53,544 bases of DNA, filler included, from Sphacelaria rigidula (GCA_964200075.2; 5 parts of 5 records of this genome joined end to end with filler, not necessarily neighbours in it); one strand, 5' to 3'. Positions 25,111 through 38,676 are shown, numbered from the whole stretch's first letter. Translations and numbers: made by a program. The notes: a model not told the origin generated them from the letters alone.

Positions 25111-28100
25111 GCGGCGGCGAGGTCTACCTTGGTTCCAGTGTCTATCGTGCTACCTGTAGTGCGGCCGAAGGATGTGCCGGGAGGCCCGCTCGCGTCACCA
25201 GCAGAAGGAAAACGCCGAGACGCCGTCTGTGGCATCAGCATACAGACGAGGCGGCGGCGGAGCGACGGCGGTGGTAGACGGACAAGTAGAGAAGTCATGC
25301 ACCGTCCATATATCGGAGGTGGAGAAAATTTAGCAGCAGATTGTATACGTTGCACCTTTGGCGGGGGGGGGGGGGATCATTTCCGGTGCTCGGCCGACGT
25401 GTTTAACCCGTCCGCGCTCTACCCCAATGATACGTGCATGATTGAGTTGGGGACCGCGGAAGCCAGGGCTCATGTGGCAGCACGTTACCGGGCACAGAAA
25501 ACGGTGTGTTAGCCTGGCAGGCCTGGAGTATCCAAAGGTCTCGCGGCAATGTCTTATGCAAGCCCACGCATCGCCGTGCCTCTTTGCGTCTTGATTTTCG
25601 CTGACGTAACCGCCATGCGTACCTTTTCGATCTCGAGCATGAGAATCTCTCGTCCAGTGGAAGCCTCCCGGAAATGCTTCGACATCACCAGTCCCGTCGG
25701 GAAGGTCTCGATGGTCCTAGCCTCCGATCGATGCCTCTCGCTCTCTGACGCCTCATTAGTTGCTGCTGAGCCCGTTTTGGCCATGCCCCCCGTGCCGGTC
25801 GTTTGTCGCGCCGCCTTCTTCATCGGCACCGCAATTGAGGTGAAACTTCGCTTCGAAGCATGCAATCTGAGTCGTGCAACGTGAGTGTACGGAATATGAA
25901 AACAGTTGCTGGTTGGAAGCGTGACAAATATGGGATTACCACGATAAAAATGCACATGGAGCGGTGTGACGGAACGCTGTCGTGACGGTCTATCCTCAAG
26001 GCCTGGTGAAGGCAAAAAGTTCTTTGTGTGTATTTTTTTGGAGATGGGCAGATTCCGCGGGATCCATGACGCGCAAGTTATGACTCCAAAATCTCCAAAA
26101 ATACACCAGTTTTCTCGGGGCTTTAACGCAATTCTGACTTCTATGCTGTCGATGTGTAGTGCAAGACAAGGAGAAACTTTCAAAATGCAGCGTATTGATC
26201 GACCGCGGGAACCTCTACTACCGAGGGCAACCCTGTCGACGCTACTTGATTTCACTGGTGGTGCAGGTATAGCATACTACAGCCTACGACTGCAACACGC
26301 TAGCACCGTTCCCCTCATACCAATTGACGCTTACCTAGCATCAGAGAACCCTATTGGCACCGCGACTCCTACGCCATACATTCCTGACGATGCGGCTTGC
26401 GCGTTGTCGAAGTTGAAGGGCGGTCGAGGTGCGTGTATCGGCGACGTCGGCCGACGCTTGGTGAGCACAGTAGGCGGCCTCGCCCTTGAGTCACTGGCTT
26501 CTCTTTTGGCGCGCGCGATGGCCGCGTTTGCAACGGTTACCCTCGCCGCTCCGGGTGGTTTTGTGTAGGTGACCGTTGATGATGAACAAACGCTATTTAC
26601 GCCAAGCATGAATCTAGTGTTCTCATGGTCAGCGGTTGGGCGGGTCGGCAGTATCTCCTGCGCTGAGGACGACATTACTTCTCCCTCCTGTGCCTCGAAA
26701 GCCAAGGTTCGTTCGCCTTGACCAGCGCAAATGCCCGATTTTGTCTCTTCTAAACCTTCCCCCGACGAGTCGTGACTGTGCACGCCCCCCGTTAACATAG
26801 AGTTCCGTTCGCTAGCTATGTCTGCAGGTGACGGTGGCGGCAAAGAAGGGGGCCAGCCGAGCATTGCTGAACCACCGATACTGCCACCGCTCCACTCCAA
26901 TGGAGTCGTGGGGCTCTCAGCACGGGATATCGTAGCGCTCATGGTGATCTGGACAGCGGTATCGGCCTGTCCATCACCACTACTCTCAGGAGCCCCCTCG
27001 TTGGGTACGTTTGCGGGCGTGGCATCACCCAGGCTGTGGCTTGGCATGGTGAGCTCTAATGCGTACCTGTTCTTGTCTTGGTCAGATTCAGTCTAAGTGT
27101 TTGAAGATGATGATGACCCGAACGAAGTTTGCAGCGGGGGCACGCGGGAAGCAGAGTCAGACGTAGGGTTTCGCTGCCCAGATGATGGGAGACAAGAATG
27201 TAAAGCGCTGTGTAATGCTTCAATTTTTGGGGTATTTCGAGCACAAGTGTTCACACCCAGATGGCACATTTCAATGTCGCAATCCTCACTCTCGGACGAC
27301 CATATTGCTTGCTGGAGGCAGCCCTTGTACTCATCTGACGGTGCCCTGCCCTTCGAGCATCAAACATAAGGTAAAATTCATACCGCCAGCAATATCCGAC
27401 GCTCACAACGGTGTCGTAAGTATTTTCTATCGCACCTCGCAGAAGTGATTTTTTTCTCTATTCGCTGAGATAACGTAGGTCCCCCCCGAGATAGCCCTAT
27501 GCAAAGAGACGATTGAAACTCATCCTGCGCACGCAAACCCGTCAAAATTGCCTGCTGTCGACGTTTCTCACCAAATTGCTTCCGAACGTCGAAGACCCTA
27601 GCACCACGTCTCCGTCGATCGGTTTCCCGCATACTGTGTCGAATCTTCTCTTGTCGCCATGCGCACAAACGGAACGGCAAGCTCTCATAGCACGACTCCA
27701 GCTGGTGGCAAGATCAGGGTCTAGCTTAACCGTTTTACCCCCACTCACTTGCCGATACCTCTCCTGCCAAGTCCCGCCACCGCCACTACCTGCACCATCA
27801 TCAATACGCCCGTCCGCGTGGATAGACAGCGTTGTTACAGCCGCCTTCAGTTGACCAGATGGCCTTGTCCAGGTATTGGCGGCTCCCTCACACCTCTCAT
27901 CTCCACGTTGACTTTTGTTTCTCTTCCGTGTTGTTGATGGCTTTGCGGCATTCTCGCTCACCTCTTTTTGCTGTCGTGATCCTGTCGCAGCATTGCACTC
28001 CCTAATGCACTGGTTTGCGGCATCCTCACGCTCTGTAGTGTCCACTTCCCAGGCTGTCCGTGCGTAGGTGGAAGCAATAATTCTCCTGTTCCCCGCCGCC

Positions 28101-31100
28101 GCCCACTCCTTGGAGAGGCCCCGCGTCCCGCCGAGAATATCATAGCTGCCTACCTCCCGTCGCCCGACGCCACCTACTCCCCAGCGAAAACCCGGTCCTC
28201 CTGTGTCTCTCCACTTACCGTCTGACGGGGACTGGAGGACCATCTGGGGAACCATTGGCGTTCCAGGGAAAGCGTTCGAAATAGCGTAGCGTGAATTTCG
28301 TCCATCTGCCCTGCCGTTATTTTCTAATAGAAGTTGCCGTGCTGTTACTAGTTCGAGAACTATGATGGTTCCGTCCAACGCGGCCACAACCCGAAACATC
28401 GCGGCAGTCTCTGCTTCGCTTGGCAGTCCTTGCGCTGGGACGCCGCCGGAGGTTCGGCCGCGGTCGCAAGGGGTGGTCGTGGGGTTACTGGGCGGCAGGA
28501 GGACAACCGCAGCGGGTTCTGAAGACAAGCAGTAGCGACAAAGTGGCGTAAGGTTACCCTCGGGCGCCAGTGACACCCACCTCACCACGGTGTGATCGAC
28601 CGAAGTCGTGAATATAGCCCTTCCCATCCTGCCGTCGCCGCCATCAGTGACCAAGTCCGCCAGGCCAAGTGACACAGTCATCGATGTTATCGTTGCCCCA
28701 TGTATTGTTGGAAACACCTGTTTTGCCACTCGGGCGGTGGCCAGGGTCGCCGCCCCACGTCTGTCGAAAGGAACTGGCCACACTTCCACAGTCCCCGAGG
28801 CGAAGCCACACACCATGAGGCGCTCAGATAGGAGCTCGACAGTCGAGAGACGATCATCGGGCCTACCTGTGCCCACGACCGTGTATCCTTCCAGAGCCAG
28901 TGGGGTGAGGTCGTTGTCGGCCGACGGCTGGGTATGAATGCCCCATACCTTCACCTCCCGATTTGCTCCAGCTGTTACCACGAAAAATGGGGGCTCGTGA
29001 GAGTCATGCCGAGCCCTGGCCAACGATTTTGAGCCGCCGTGGTCGTATCTGCTTGTATGATAGGGCGAACATTTGGTTTGCGTTGCCTGCATCGAACTGC
29101 GTGCGTCACGGGGGGCGTCCATGGCCGTTCGAACTGAAACCACGGCGTCAGAGTGGGCAAGCAAAATGTGCCAAGGTCTAGATGCGCCGGTGGCGGACCA
29201 CAGAGCGAGGGTACCATCTTCGCTTCCCACCAATGCAACCGCTGCGATCGTACCCCTACTTCCAATGCCCTCGTCGTCCGCAAACTCCGACAATATTTGG
29301 TTTCCAGGGCGGGGAAGCACGGAAAGAGGAATCGAGGCCAAAGCTGTCACAGGGATGCAGGCACTATCCGGCGGAAGCAAGCTCAAGCGTCGAGATGGGT
29401 TGCGAGGTCTAATGACTTCCACAACTCCGTCGTTCCACCCGCACAGGAGCACGTTCAGGGCTGTACTGTGGGCCCAGGACGTAAGAAAGCAAGCCCGGGC
29501 TCGTCTTGGGGCCGTGCCCAGTTGATTCTCCCTGTTAGGTAGAACAAAGTGACAAGAAAGATCAAGTTGTCAAAAAGCGTTCAGAATTCTTTCGAATGCT
29601 CCTACTACGCAATGGTAATTGGGGTCCTAAGCGAACGCTCTGTGAAGAACGTGCTCCAACCCACGATTATGTGGTATGAGTCCCTCTGCATCACCTGTGA
29701 AACCGCGTCAGTGGTACCTCTTGCACAATCGCGGCGTCTATGGCCTGTCCGACGTCGAGAAGTTGGAAGCCCGGGCGTTCCCCCCACAGCAGAGCCAAAG
29801 CTTGCAAATCGCCAAGCCCAGAAACGATTGCCCTCATGCCCAGAACCCTGGACACTCCTGTGCCCTCATCTCGGCCTCCATCCCAAACAGTAGTTGAGTC
29901 CTCCACATCCATGAGGACCCCGTGGCCACCGTGCTGTCCTGCAGGAACCACATCACTCGTCAGCAAAAACGTTATTCCGGAGAGTGCGACGCCTGCCATG
30001 ACTAAGAAGCAAGGTCCGTGACGCTGGGGCAAGGGTCCAGATATCACGGTCGCCAGGAGGGTTCCCGAGGTGAGGGTACACGGATCCACTGCCTCCTCAT
30101 CCTCGATACATGACTCAGGCGACGGCTGCTGCTTTTTTTTATGTTCTTGTTGCTGCTGCTGCTCCTCCTCGCGGACGTCTATAGCCTGTTTTGCCTCCCA
30201 CCCCATTTCCCCCGCAGCGGTTGCATTCCTGGTGAACTCATCGATGCTCCCTTTGACTTCTCCTAGAGCTCCGTCGTTGACTTCGTGAGATTCAGGGCCA
30301 GATGTGCACATCCGTTCGTGGGCGTGGGCGATGACGTCCGCAGGGATTGGCACCCGAGGCGCTGGGACAGGCAGAGCGTAGGCGGATACGGCGGCCGCCC
30401 CCCCTGGGTGCAAGAGCCAGGTACGTAATGTACGCAGGCGGTCGACGACGTGCATATAGGCATACGGTGGAAGGCAAGGCGCTAGCATGTTTGAGCGGCT
30501 GCGCGGCGCGGCTGAGGCGGAGACGGCGGAAGTGTAGGGATCCGCGGCGGCAGAGAAGCTCACTCCGGCGATCAGAACGTCTGATGTGTATGACACTAAC
30601 TGAACACGTTGAGTGGATAGTCGAAGGGAAAATACACAAAAGAACGAGACAAAGCGATGAATTTGTGCGTTTCAAACTGTTCAGACCCGGCTAGTACTGT
30701 TGCCAAGTAATGAAGATGTGTACTTGACGCCAGAGAGCTTCGTTTCACATTAGTGCGATCTGCGGGTGCGAGTTAGGACTTTCCCAACCCTTACGAGTAG
30801 CTGCAACTTGCATTTGGGCTGAGCCACAGCGGCATTATTTCCCAGTATCTTCGTCCTCCTGTGTTAGAGGGAACGCCAACAGTGGGGACATTGCGTATGC
30901 TCTCCTTATCGATCAGAAGTCGCAAGAATATATACTAAAGCAGGCCAAACGCGTGTTCCTGCCATCTGCTGCATTTCAATCTTCGACACAACGGAAGGCT
31001 TTTTGCTTTCCTCTGTGATGTCAGTCTATATTGAGGTCGGTACGGCGGACGTGGTATCTGCGTGCTCTAGCGGAAAAGCACAAATGAACCCGGTTCACCT

Positions 31101-31730
31101 GATTTATGGACTTTCCGAAGATATCTAGTTGATAAACGTCTACCCGCCTTGCTGCTTGTTCCAAGGAATGCACAAGGGCCACGAGCGCAGCGGGTGCATG
31201 CCACACCACCTCCTCAATGCTGCACCCATCTGGCGCTACGGCGACGGCGGTAAACAGTGTTGATCCCGTTGTCAGATCCCACACGCACAAATGTCGTCCC
31301 TCGGCGATCCCGATCAAAATACCAGCCCCTCCAGGTTCTTCTTGTTCTCCGGGCATTGCTGCATGTGTGGCAAGGCAAGTCACTCGGCTGAGAAAAGACT
31401 TGCGCTTGCCGACTTCGTCTATTCCAAGTTGGTGCTTACTGCCTTCGCCGCCCGAGACCGGGTACTGCCCCTCTGTTGTAAACCCCTTGATAACAATATC
31501 ATGACGAAGAATCAAGGTTGCCGGGGAGGGATGCGCAGCGACTCCAGGGCGAGAATGCGCTTCGCTTGTCGCCTTGACTGCGATGTTGCTGCTGCGATGA
31601 GCAGTTGGTGAAAGAGTGTAGATCCTCACTCCACCTGCTTCGGTGGCTAGTGCGAGAGAGCACGTATCGCTGTTCCATGCTGCAGCTTTGATCGTGTCTC
31701 CTCTGCATGTATCGGAATTGACGGCCCACT
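23210..31730 (-). CDS. Large uncharacterised WD40-like repeat / low-complexity protein, partial. Exons ~31730(uncertain)-31099, 30599-29695, 29531-27572, 27092-26335, 25866-25623, 25226-24918, 23980-23210
   Basis: Long GC-rich open frames whose splice phases join in frame (0,2,0,2,0,0). WD40-like strands include IGIAEGRHLCVWDL, LLCGWNDGVVEV, LVGSEDGTLALWS, VVTAGANREVKVWG, VCGFASGTVEVWP and IFTTSVDHTVVRW. There are poly-Ala, poly-Gly and poly-Gln tracts. The first and last exons were not identified. Confidence 0.75.
25078..25118. repeat. (GCG)n trinucleotide repeat encoding poly-Ala in the minus-strand gene
   Basis: GCGGCGGCG run inside exon 25226-24918, translating as DLAAAAAAAAAAAAAAE. Confidence 0.9.
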
Positions 31731-32089
31731 AGTACTGTTCAGATGAATGCACATGTTATGTTCAGTGTGCTGGCTACCAGAAATCAGAGACGGCATTGGG
31801 TTATACCCATGCGTAGCAGGATGCCAACATGATCTGCTGCATCATGTTGGAACGTTGCCTTGTGACTGAAGCACGCACCAAATACTCGAACACGTGGGCA
31901 GAATATTGACAGACGGGCAGACGAGTAGCGCTGCACATATCCTGGAGTGCTGTAGGGACTCCCTCGCCATCTCTTCTCTCCCCCTTTTTGTGTGTATGTT
32001 AAATTGATATGAATATAACATAGTTATCCTTATAGTGATGTTCGACGGGAATACGAAGGCAGGCCGACCCGCAAGGCGCCTACAACATT

Positions 32090-32189
32090 NNNNNNNNNNN
32101 NNNNNNNNNNNNNNNNNNNNNNNNNNNNNNNNNTTAATTAATTAANNNNNNNNNNNNNNNNNNNNNNNNNNNNNNNNNNNNNNNNNNNN
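32090..32189. other. Artificial contig-joining linker
   Basis: N44-TTAATTAATTAA-N44. Confidence 0.99.
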
Positions 32190-32337
32190 AAACAAATAAC
32201 AAAAATAATTTTTTTTTTCTTTTTTTTTGTGGGTGGGGGGGGGGGGGGGGGTTGTTTTGACCATAGCATCGAGGTATCTCCGTACGTTCCAGGATTTCGT
32301 CGACACAAGGCATTAAATCGCTGAAAAAAGCATTTGA

Positions 32338-33730
32338 CCGGAGTGATGCCATCGTAGGGGTACACATATATTTTGCGAGGTTGGAAATTTTTAGGGGCCC
32401 TTTGTCTCATCGAAAACACCGCTCATGAAATATGTTGGAGTACAATACGCCAGGAGTACTGTTCCATTGTGCTGGGGGTATCCCGAGGGAATTTCCAAAT
32501 GGGGATGCGCTGGCCCGTATTCTTGTGCATCTTGAATCTTTGGGAGTCTCTGAACAAGATTTTGCGCAAAAAGTACACTCCTACCGTACCATTGCTCGCC
32601 GGGGAGTGTAGGAGATCCGCGTCTGCCTTTTGGTTGGAGGAGTAACTCACTGGGAACCCTTGAGCGATTTTTTTTTTTGCGTGAATCGGCATTATTTTAA
32701 GTCATTTTCAAGTTGAGATGATACCGATTCGCAGAAACGATAATCGTCCAAGGTTTCCAAAGGGGTTAACAAGATGTGCAGATCACTGCCCAATTCGTCT
32801 GCGTCGATGAGATATGGCTGTCACAGTTTTTTCGTGTCCGCTCGTAGGCTGGTCCAGCTCGCAGAGCCACGCCACCATTCGCCCCTGTGTTGCACTCCGG
32901 GTAAATAATGACGATACCGTACGAGAATTTATTGTCGTCAGGGATGCTACGTTGGGGGCGCACAAAGATTCTTGGGTTGGGATTATTAAGAGCCCTTTAT
33001 CTCATCCAAAACACGATTTGTAAAATGTGTGAGAGTACCCCAGGATTACTAATATTATTTCAATGTGCTTGGCGTATCCCGAAGAAGTTTGCAAACGGAG
33101 ATTCCCTGACCCATATTCTTTGTGCATCTAGAATCTTCAGGAGCTCCTGAACCAGTCAAGATTTTGCGCAGAGAGTGCACCCCTACCGTAGCATTGCTCT
33201 CGCGCACAGAGCCGGAAACTCAGACTTTTTGGATTTCGGTCCGGGGAACCTGCCGAACGGTGCCCAACTGGCACACGTCAGCTGTCAGCTCGCCACCAAG
33301 TGTCAACCTTTTCTGCTGCTTCAGCTTGAGCTGTGACGGTCGAACATGCACGGCTAGGCTACTTACTGGTGGAAGGCCGGTACTATGAGGGAGCGTACGT
33401 TATATTATGCGTGTTCCGTGCTCTGACCTTATGTGGTGCTACGTTTGGGCTGCACAAATATTTTCTGAGGTTCCAATTGTAAGGAGCCCTCTATCTCATC
33501 CAAAAATGACACATGACATGAATGAGGGCAAGGAAAAAAAAATGACTATTGGCGTATGTGAGGTCGAGTCACGATAATTAACGTTTCAATGGGCTAGTGG
33601 TGAAATCCCAAGTGAATGTTCAAACGGGAATGTCCTGACCCACTCTGTCTTGTAGCTCCTAACTTCAGGAGCCCCTTGATGCGAAGCATCTGAGCTCGAA
33701 CGAGCAACTCCCACCGTAACATGACTCGGG
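32338..33730. mobile_element. Cluster of three diverged copies of a ~265-bp MITE (about 32338-32602, 32941-33200, 33432-33730)
   Basis: Shared internal motifs GAGCCCTTTATCTCATC, GCAAACGGRGATKCCCTGACCCATATT and AAGATTTTGCGCA, and the terminal CACCCCTACCGTAGCATTGCTC. The intact copy is at 40623-40888. Confidence 0.8.
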
Positions 33731-34028
33731 TGTTGGTTATTTATTACTTTTCTTCCTTTTTTCTGTTATTTCGTCTTCCTCCACCAATTTTTTCACCTTG
33801 TTATCGTTTTGTTCTGAGCTGTTTGTTTATTTTTCCTTCTTGACGCCTTCTTTGTCTGTAGTACGTTTCTGTTTTTTTTTTTCAGGGAGTGTCTGCATAT
33901 TGTTTTTTTATCTCGATTACGTTCATGATGTGACCAGGGCCAGAACTCTAGAGGATCAGTCGAATTGCGACAATCATTTCATCAATCCATCCATCATTTT
34001 TTTGTCACTATCTGCTCTGCTTTTACAG

Positions 34029-36536
34029 AACATGCGCCTGGGCATCGACGCAGTGGGCGCTGCAGGTGGCATCGTGGAGGCGGCGGTGTGCTATACGGGG
34101 GACATCTCCGATCCAAACAGGTGAAACACACACGCAGTCTGTATTCGTGTCTCCGTTTCAATGGGAGGCAAGGCCTCGGTACGGTGCAGTGGGTCGTTCG
34201 TCCTGCATGACCGCGGGATGCTCAACTCCGCAGAATCCTGGTACACTGTATTTCATTGACATTGGTATAGTGGACAGGGTTTGTGACGAGTGATTTTCAC
34301 CGCACTGTGGTGGGAAGTCCACTGTACGCCGCATACCACCCCCTGAAGAGTAACATACACTGGTCTTTGAAGATCTATTTTTGAGTTGACAGTCGGTGAA
34401 TCTCGGAGAGCATTCATATTTTGTTCTTTGACGTTCTCCGGAACGTTTTTGACGTTGAAGTCAAGTGAGGAAAACGTGTTTGAAAATATCCTGTGCTCTC
34501 TTGTCTCCTGTTGAAGTAATACAGGGTGTCTTGAAAGCCGCTCTTTTTTTTCTTGTATCCATGGGTTATGAAGTCATCCTTCATCGTTGACCTCCTACCT
34601 CGCCTATCCTCACGCCAGACAAAAACAGGGTAGCTCTCCTATGGCAGAGAAGTGGATGCGACCTTGCACGTGAAATGATAGCGAAATATAGTCTGATTTT
34701 TTTTTTTTCTCATTTTTTTTCTCATCGCCTTTTCTTGTCTTTTATGTTTCGGGCTAGTTTCTTATCAATAAATGATCCTTTTCCAAGCCATCGTTTTTCC
34801 CCGTGCGCTCCCCCACCTTCTCTTCAACAATTACTTTTTCTCCACCCCTTGCTGTTGTTGATGATGTTGTCGTTGAAATATCCTCAATCTGTTTTTCTCT
34901 TCGCAGGGGCGAGTACAACCTGGAATACTACCTCGAGTTTGCCCGGCAGCTGAATGAGCTGGGTATTCACGTGCTCGCTATCAAGGATATGGCTGGCCTT
35001 CTGAAGCCCAACGCGGCCACCGACCTCGTAAGCAATTTGTAGTGAACATATATATTTATAGATGTATATGCGCTTACTGTTCTCTGTTTGTATCGACTGC
35101 TGCATGCGTGCATACGTGAACGTATCGCTTCCTAATCGATTTCCGGATTGTGGCTGTCGCATATATAAACTGGCTCGCTACGAATACAGCCAACGTCACA
35201 GTATGAGGTTGCACATGAATTACGCACATGTACATGTGTTCATTGCTGGCGCTCCCCGGTGGTATAATGGTTCGACTGTCCACACTTGGTTGGATAAAGT
35301 GTGGGTTCGATTCCCAGCAGATTCATTTTTTTTGTTTTTTTTTAAGCATAGCATCTGATTTCCACAATCAAGAGCGTGGGGTCGTGAATAGACAGGGAGA
35401 AGTTCGCTTACTGTGTGTGTGACAAGGGTTGAGGCGGTGCGGGAGTGTTTGGTCATGATCCAGTCCCCCAGACCAAAATGCAAGGCGTTTACATGGGAGA
35501 GATGGGTTGATCCCCTGAGACGGACCACGGACTCGTCCCTTGGAAGGGGAGGGGGTTCAGAGTGTGACACACACACGAAAAAAATGCATGTTCGCATATT
35601 TCGGTCGTTATCCACTGTACGTACGCATCATTGCCGTGTGACTGTTGACCTTTACTAAAATATACATGCGGGGAGTTCGTGTTTTTTTTTTTCAAAATTA
35701 TAGTTGATTCATTGATTTTCGTGTTTGTTGCGGTTTGTTGTATCGTGGGTTGTTTGTTGGTTTGTACCGTTTTCTCTGTTTTACATTTTTTGTTTTGATA
35801 TTGTGTGCTTGTTCCGTCCGTGGGGAGTATTTGTCGTTAAAATCGGGAAACCATGTGGTGTAGTGCTTACTGTACTGTACGACTCACGATAAGACCTCTC
35901 ATTCGTCACACATGTGGCTTCATGGTATACTGTCATACATGGTGGATCTAACCAGTGGTAACCCGGTAGGGGTTCACGTTTTTTTTTGCCAACATTTGCC
36001 TAAAGTTGCATATTTTTGGATCGGAAAAAATGCGGGCGAATGCAACAAGAAATAAAAAAAAAAATACCATCTGATATATCATCTCTAGGTGAATGACGTG
36101 GACATGAAATGACGACCCATCCGTGTCCTGACCTATCAGATTGTTTCTTTTTGTGTGTTACAGCCGCTCCGATCATTTTTTTTTATGTAGAAATAATAAT
36201 GCCAAGTACAAAAGGCACGACCCGCGTAGTAGCTCTCCTGAATTGAAGGCCTCGGAAAATTTTCGTCAACCCCTACCGTTGAACTACTCTTCGGCGAACC
36301 ACCCTGTTGGCACAGGTTCGCTCATCGTCAAGGTGTTGGACGTGGTACAGTACTCGTTTTGTCACTGTCATGATCCGATCTCTATTTTTTGCCTTTTCTT
36401 GTCTTGATTGTGTTGACGAAAATTTCGCTTGGCGCAGGTGTCCGGGCTTCGGAAAGAGTTCCCCAACCTCCCCATCCACGTGCACACGCACGACACTGCC
36501 GGAACTGGTGTCGCCTCCATGATCGCATGTGCCAAC
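34029..36536 (+). CDS. PYC: Pyruvate carboxylase (carboxyltransferase domain), partial. Exons 34029-34120, 34907-35027, 36438-36536
   Basis: The in-frame spliced product is [104 protein letters not shown]. It contains the diagnostic [15 protein letters not shown] (carbamylated Lys) and HxHTHDTxG metal-binding motifs. All sites are GT-AG. Confidence 0.96.
35250..35577 (+). mobile_element. tRNA-derived SINE, family A (in a PYC intron)
   Basis: GGTGGTATAATGG A box and GGTTCGATTCCC B box; the body is homologous to 22653-22959. Confidence 0.85.
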
Positions 36537-36623
36537 GTGAGTGATGATGATTTTTTTCTCTTCTTCTTTTTTTATATAATTTCGCTTTTGTTCCCTTTAT
36601 TCCCTATTTTGACGATGTGATGC

Positions 36624-36808
36624 AAAGTTTTCACACCCTGGACAATGTGTAGCCAATAGATGCAGTAGACGAAAAGTGTACTGCATGAAGTATAGGCCTA
36701 TTGAACGATTGCCGGCCGACAATGGTCGCAATAGACCTCTACTTTATGCGGAACTTCTGTTATCTATTGCAACTATTGAGCATATATTGTCCAAGGTGTG
36801 AAACCTTT
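36624..36808. mobile_element. Small MITE, TCACACCCTGGACA family (most complete copy)
   Basis: AAAGTTTTCACACCCTGGACAAT...ATTGTCCAAGGTGTGAAACCTTT inverted ends. Confidence 0.8.
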
Positions 36809-36985
36809 CAACGGAAGGTGTTGTTGTTGTCATCACATTAAAAAGTCGCCCCGGTGTCTGCGCAGTGCTGTGCTGGACATTTGACTCGAACGTCTTCCGT
36901 AGTCACAGGTTACCACCTCATCTTAGGGTGAAAGGAAAATCAGGAAATAATATCGGACCCAGGAAAAATTCACACAAACGCGATA

Positions 36986-37588
36986 CAGAGGCGGTCACTA
37001 CTTAAGAATACGGCACTTAAGAATTTGAGCCTCAAAAAATTGAAATATTAAGAACTTGCTCATAAGAACACGTGCTCAAATTGGACCTGGGGTTAAGAAC
37101 AAGAACCCGCACATGAGGTGTACCGCTGCAGCTACATAGAAGAACAAGAACCCGCAACGTCACGCTTTTCGACCAAGAAGGTTGATAGTTGCCCCATGGA
37201 GGGGTGTTTTCTTGCGCCAAACAGCAGCACCCGTGTTCTCATGTCCGCCGAGTGCAGTTGAGTGCCACCAAAGTGCCGTAATACTGACTGCTGACTGCTG
37301 CAGCACACCATTGGAGCAATCAGTGTTGAAATACGGACAAGAGCATCGCTTTTGGACACGGATGGGACGACAAAAAAATATTATGGCAAATAAGAACTTG
37401 TGCATAGTGACTGTTGCACACCAGTTAAGCAATTGGTGCTGAAATAAGAACAAGAACACGGATTTTGGACAAGGATGGGGCGACGAAATAAGAACATGGA
37501 GAATAAAAAACTTGTGCTCGGGTTGGGGCAGCCAACAAGAACTGAGCCTCGCTCAAAATAAGGTATTCTTAAGTGGTGACCGCCTCTG
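36986..37588. mobile_element. Tc1/mariner-like MITE with TA target duplication
   Basis: TA-CAGAGGCGGTCACTACTTAAGAATAC...GTATTCTTAAGTGGTGACCGCCTCTG-TA: a ~26-bp TIR flanked by TA on both sides. Internal AAGAACAAGAAC repeats; non-coding. Confidence 0.85.
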
Positions 37589-38090
37589 TATACTCGAACT
37601 TGGAGTGGTGCACCGTTTAGGTGGGCTGCATCATCAACAGCTGCAGGAGAACAACCATATCTTGCCTCAGAAAACGCCAATTGTATATCGTCATTTTTCC
37701 ATCAACGGTTCCAAAAGGGTGTCATTTTCCCATCAACAGTGCTATCAACTATTCTTGTGTTTTGTTTGGTCATCGGGAAAAAATATTCACACGTTCCACA
37801 ATACCCCCAACTTATCGGAACAAAAAAAAAAGGTGGAATATCAAAAGGAATATCATCATTATCATATACGGGTCCATGGTATAATTATCATGGTATAAAG
37901 TATTGGTGCGTGCCTCATCCCGAGTGAATGTGCGAAACGATGAAAAATGGTTTCCAACCACAGCCAAAAAATGAAAAAATCGAATCAAATTCAACGAGGA
38001 AATGATGATTATTATGCGGTTCTTCCTTTACCTATTCGGCAAAGATACTGAACATGGGCTCTGCCCGAAGCCTATTGGGAAAAAATACTC

Positions 38091-38651
38091 CAAGGGCAGA
38101 TCGGGTAGGGTATGTACTTTCAAATACTCGGGGTAAAATACCCAGGTATTTACTCTACTTAACGTTTGGGTAGATTGGGTACGGCCTCAATACTCTACTC
38201 ATTTTTTGGGTAGCTTGGGTATGACCTAAAACTCTCTACCCAATATTGGGTAAGCACTCTAAGCAATAACTGAGCAACCTGGGCATAAAGAGTATCACTT
38301 GGGTATGGCATCAATACTCTACCCAAATTTTGGGTAGATCGGGTACGATTTTTACACTCCACCCAACACTGGGTAAGTACTCTCAGTAATACTATAGTAT
38401 AAAGAGTATCACTTGGGTATGACCTCAAATAGTTCAATTTGTTTTGTTAATTGTGCCCCAGTTACGGCCCACACAAAGTTTCAATACACAAACACCAAAC
38501 GTGGGCCGGTAGGTGGCCTGCAAAATACTGTTCCGAACTTCTTTCGACCCCGTCACTAAACGGCACCCAAAATTCTGGGTACTAAGTGAGAGTATGACTT
38601 TTCAAATACCGAGTATAGGGTATATGCCCTATAGTACCTGACCTGCCCTTG
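38091..38651. mobile_element. hAT-like MITE (same family as 6643-7021)
   Basis: CAAGGGCAGATCGGG...CCTGACCTGCCCTTG ends. The flanks AAATACTC / AAATGCTT resemble a decayed 8-bp TSD. Internal GGGTATGACCTCAATACTCTACCCAA subrepeats. Confidence 0.8.
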
Positions 38652-38676
38652 AAATGCTTCCTTGTGCAGCTCTCAC

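Noticed and set aside
24351..25277. 308-aa plus-strand ORF and other long antisense ORFs in contig 3
   Set aside because: These are shadows of the GC-rich minus-strand exons and introns, with no recognisable motifs or splice logic.
25570..27560. Additional GC donors at about 27551 and 25578 in the WD40-like gene
   Set aside because: Strong in-phase GT donors exist just upstream (TTG|GTGAGA at 27572 and AAG|GTACGC at 25623).
546..36536. Organelle-function gene cluster (AsnRS, TRAP1, PYC)
   Set aside because: The genes are on different contigs joined by artificial linkers.
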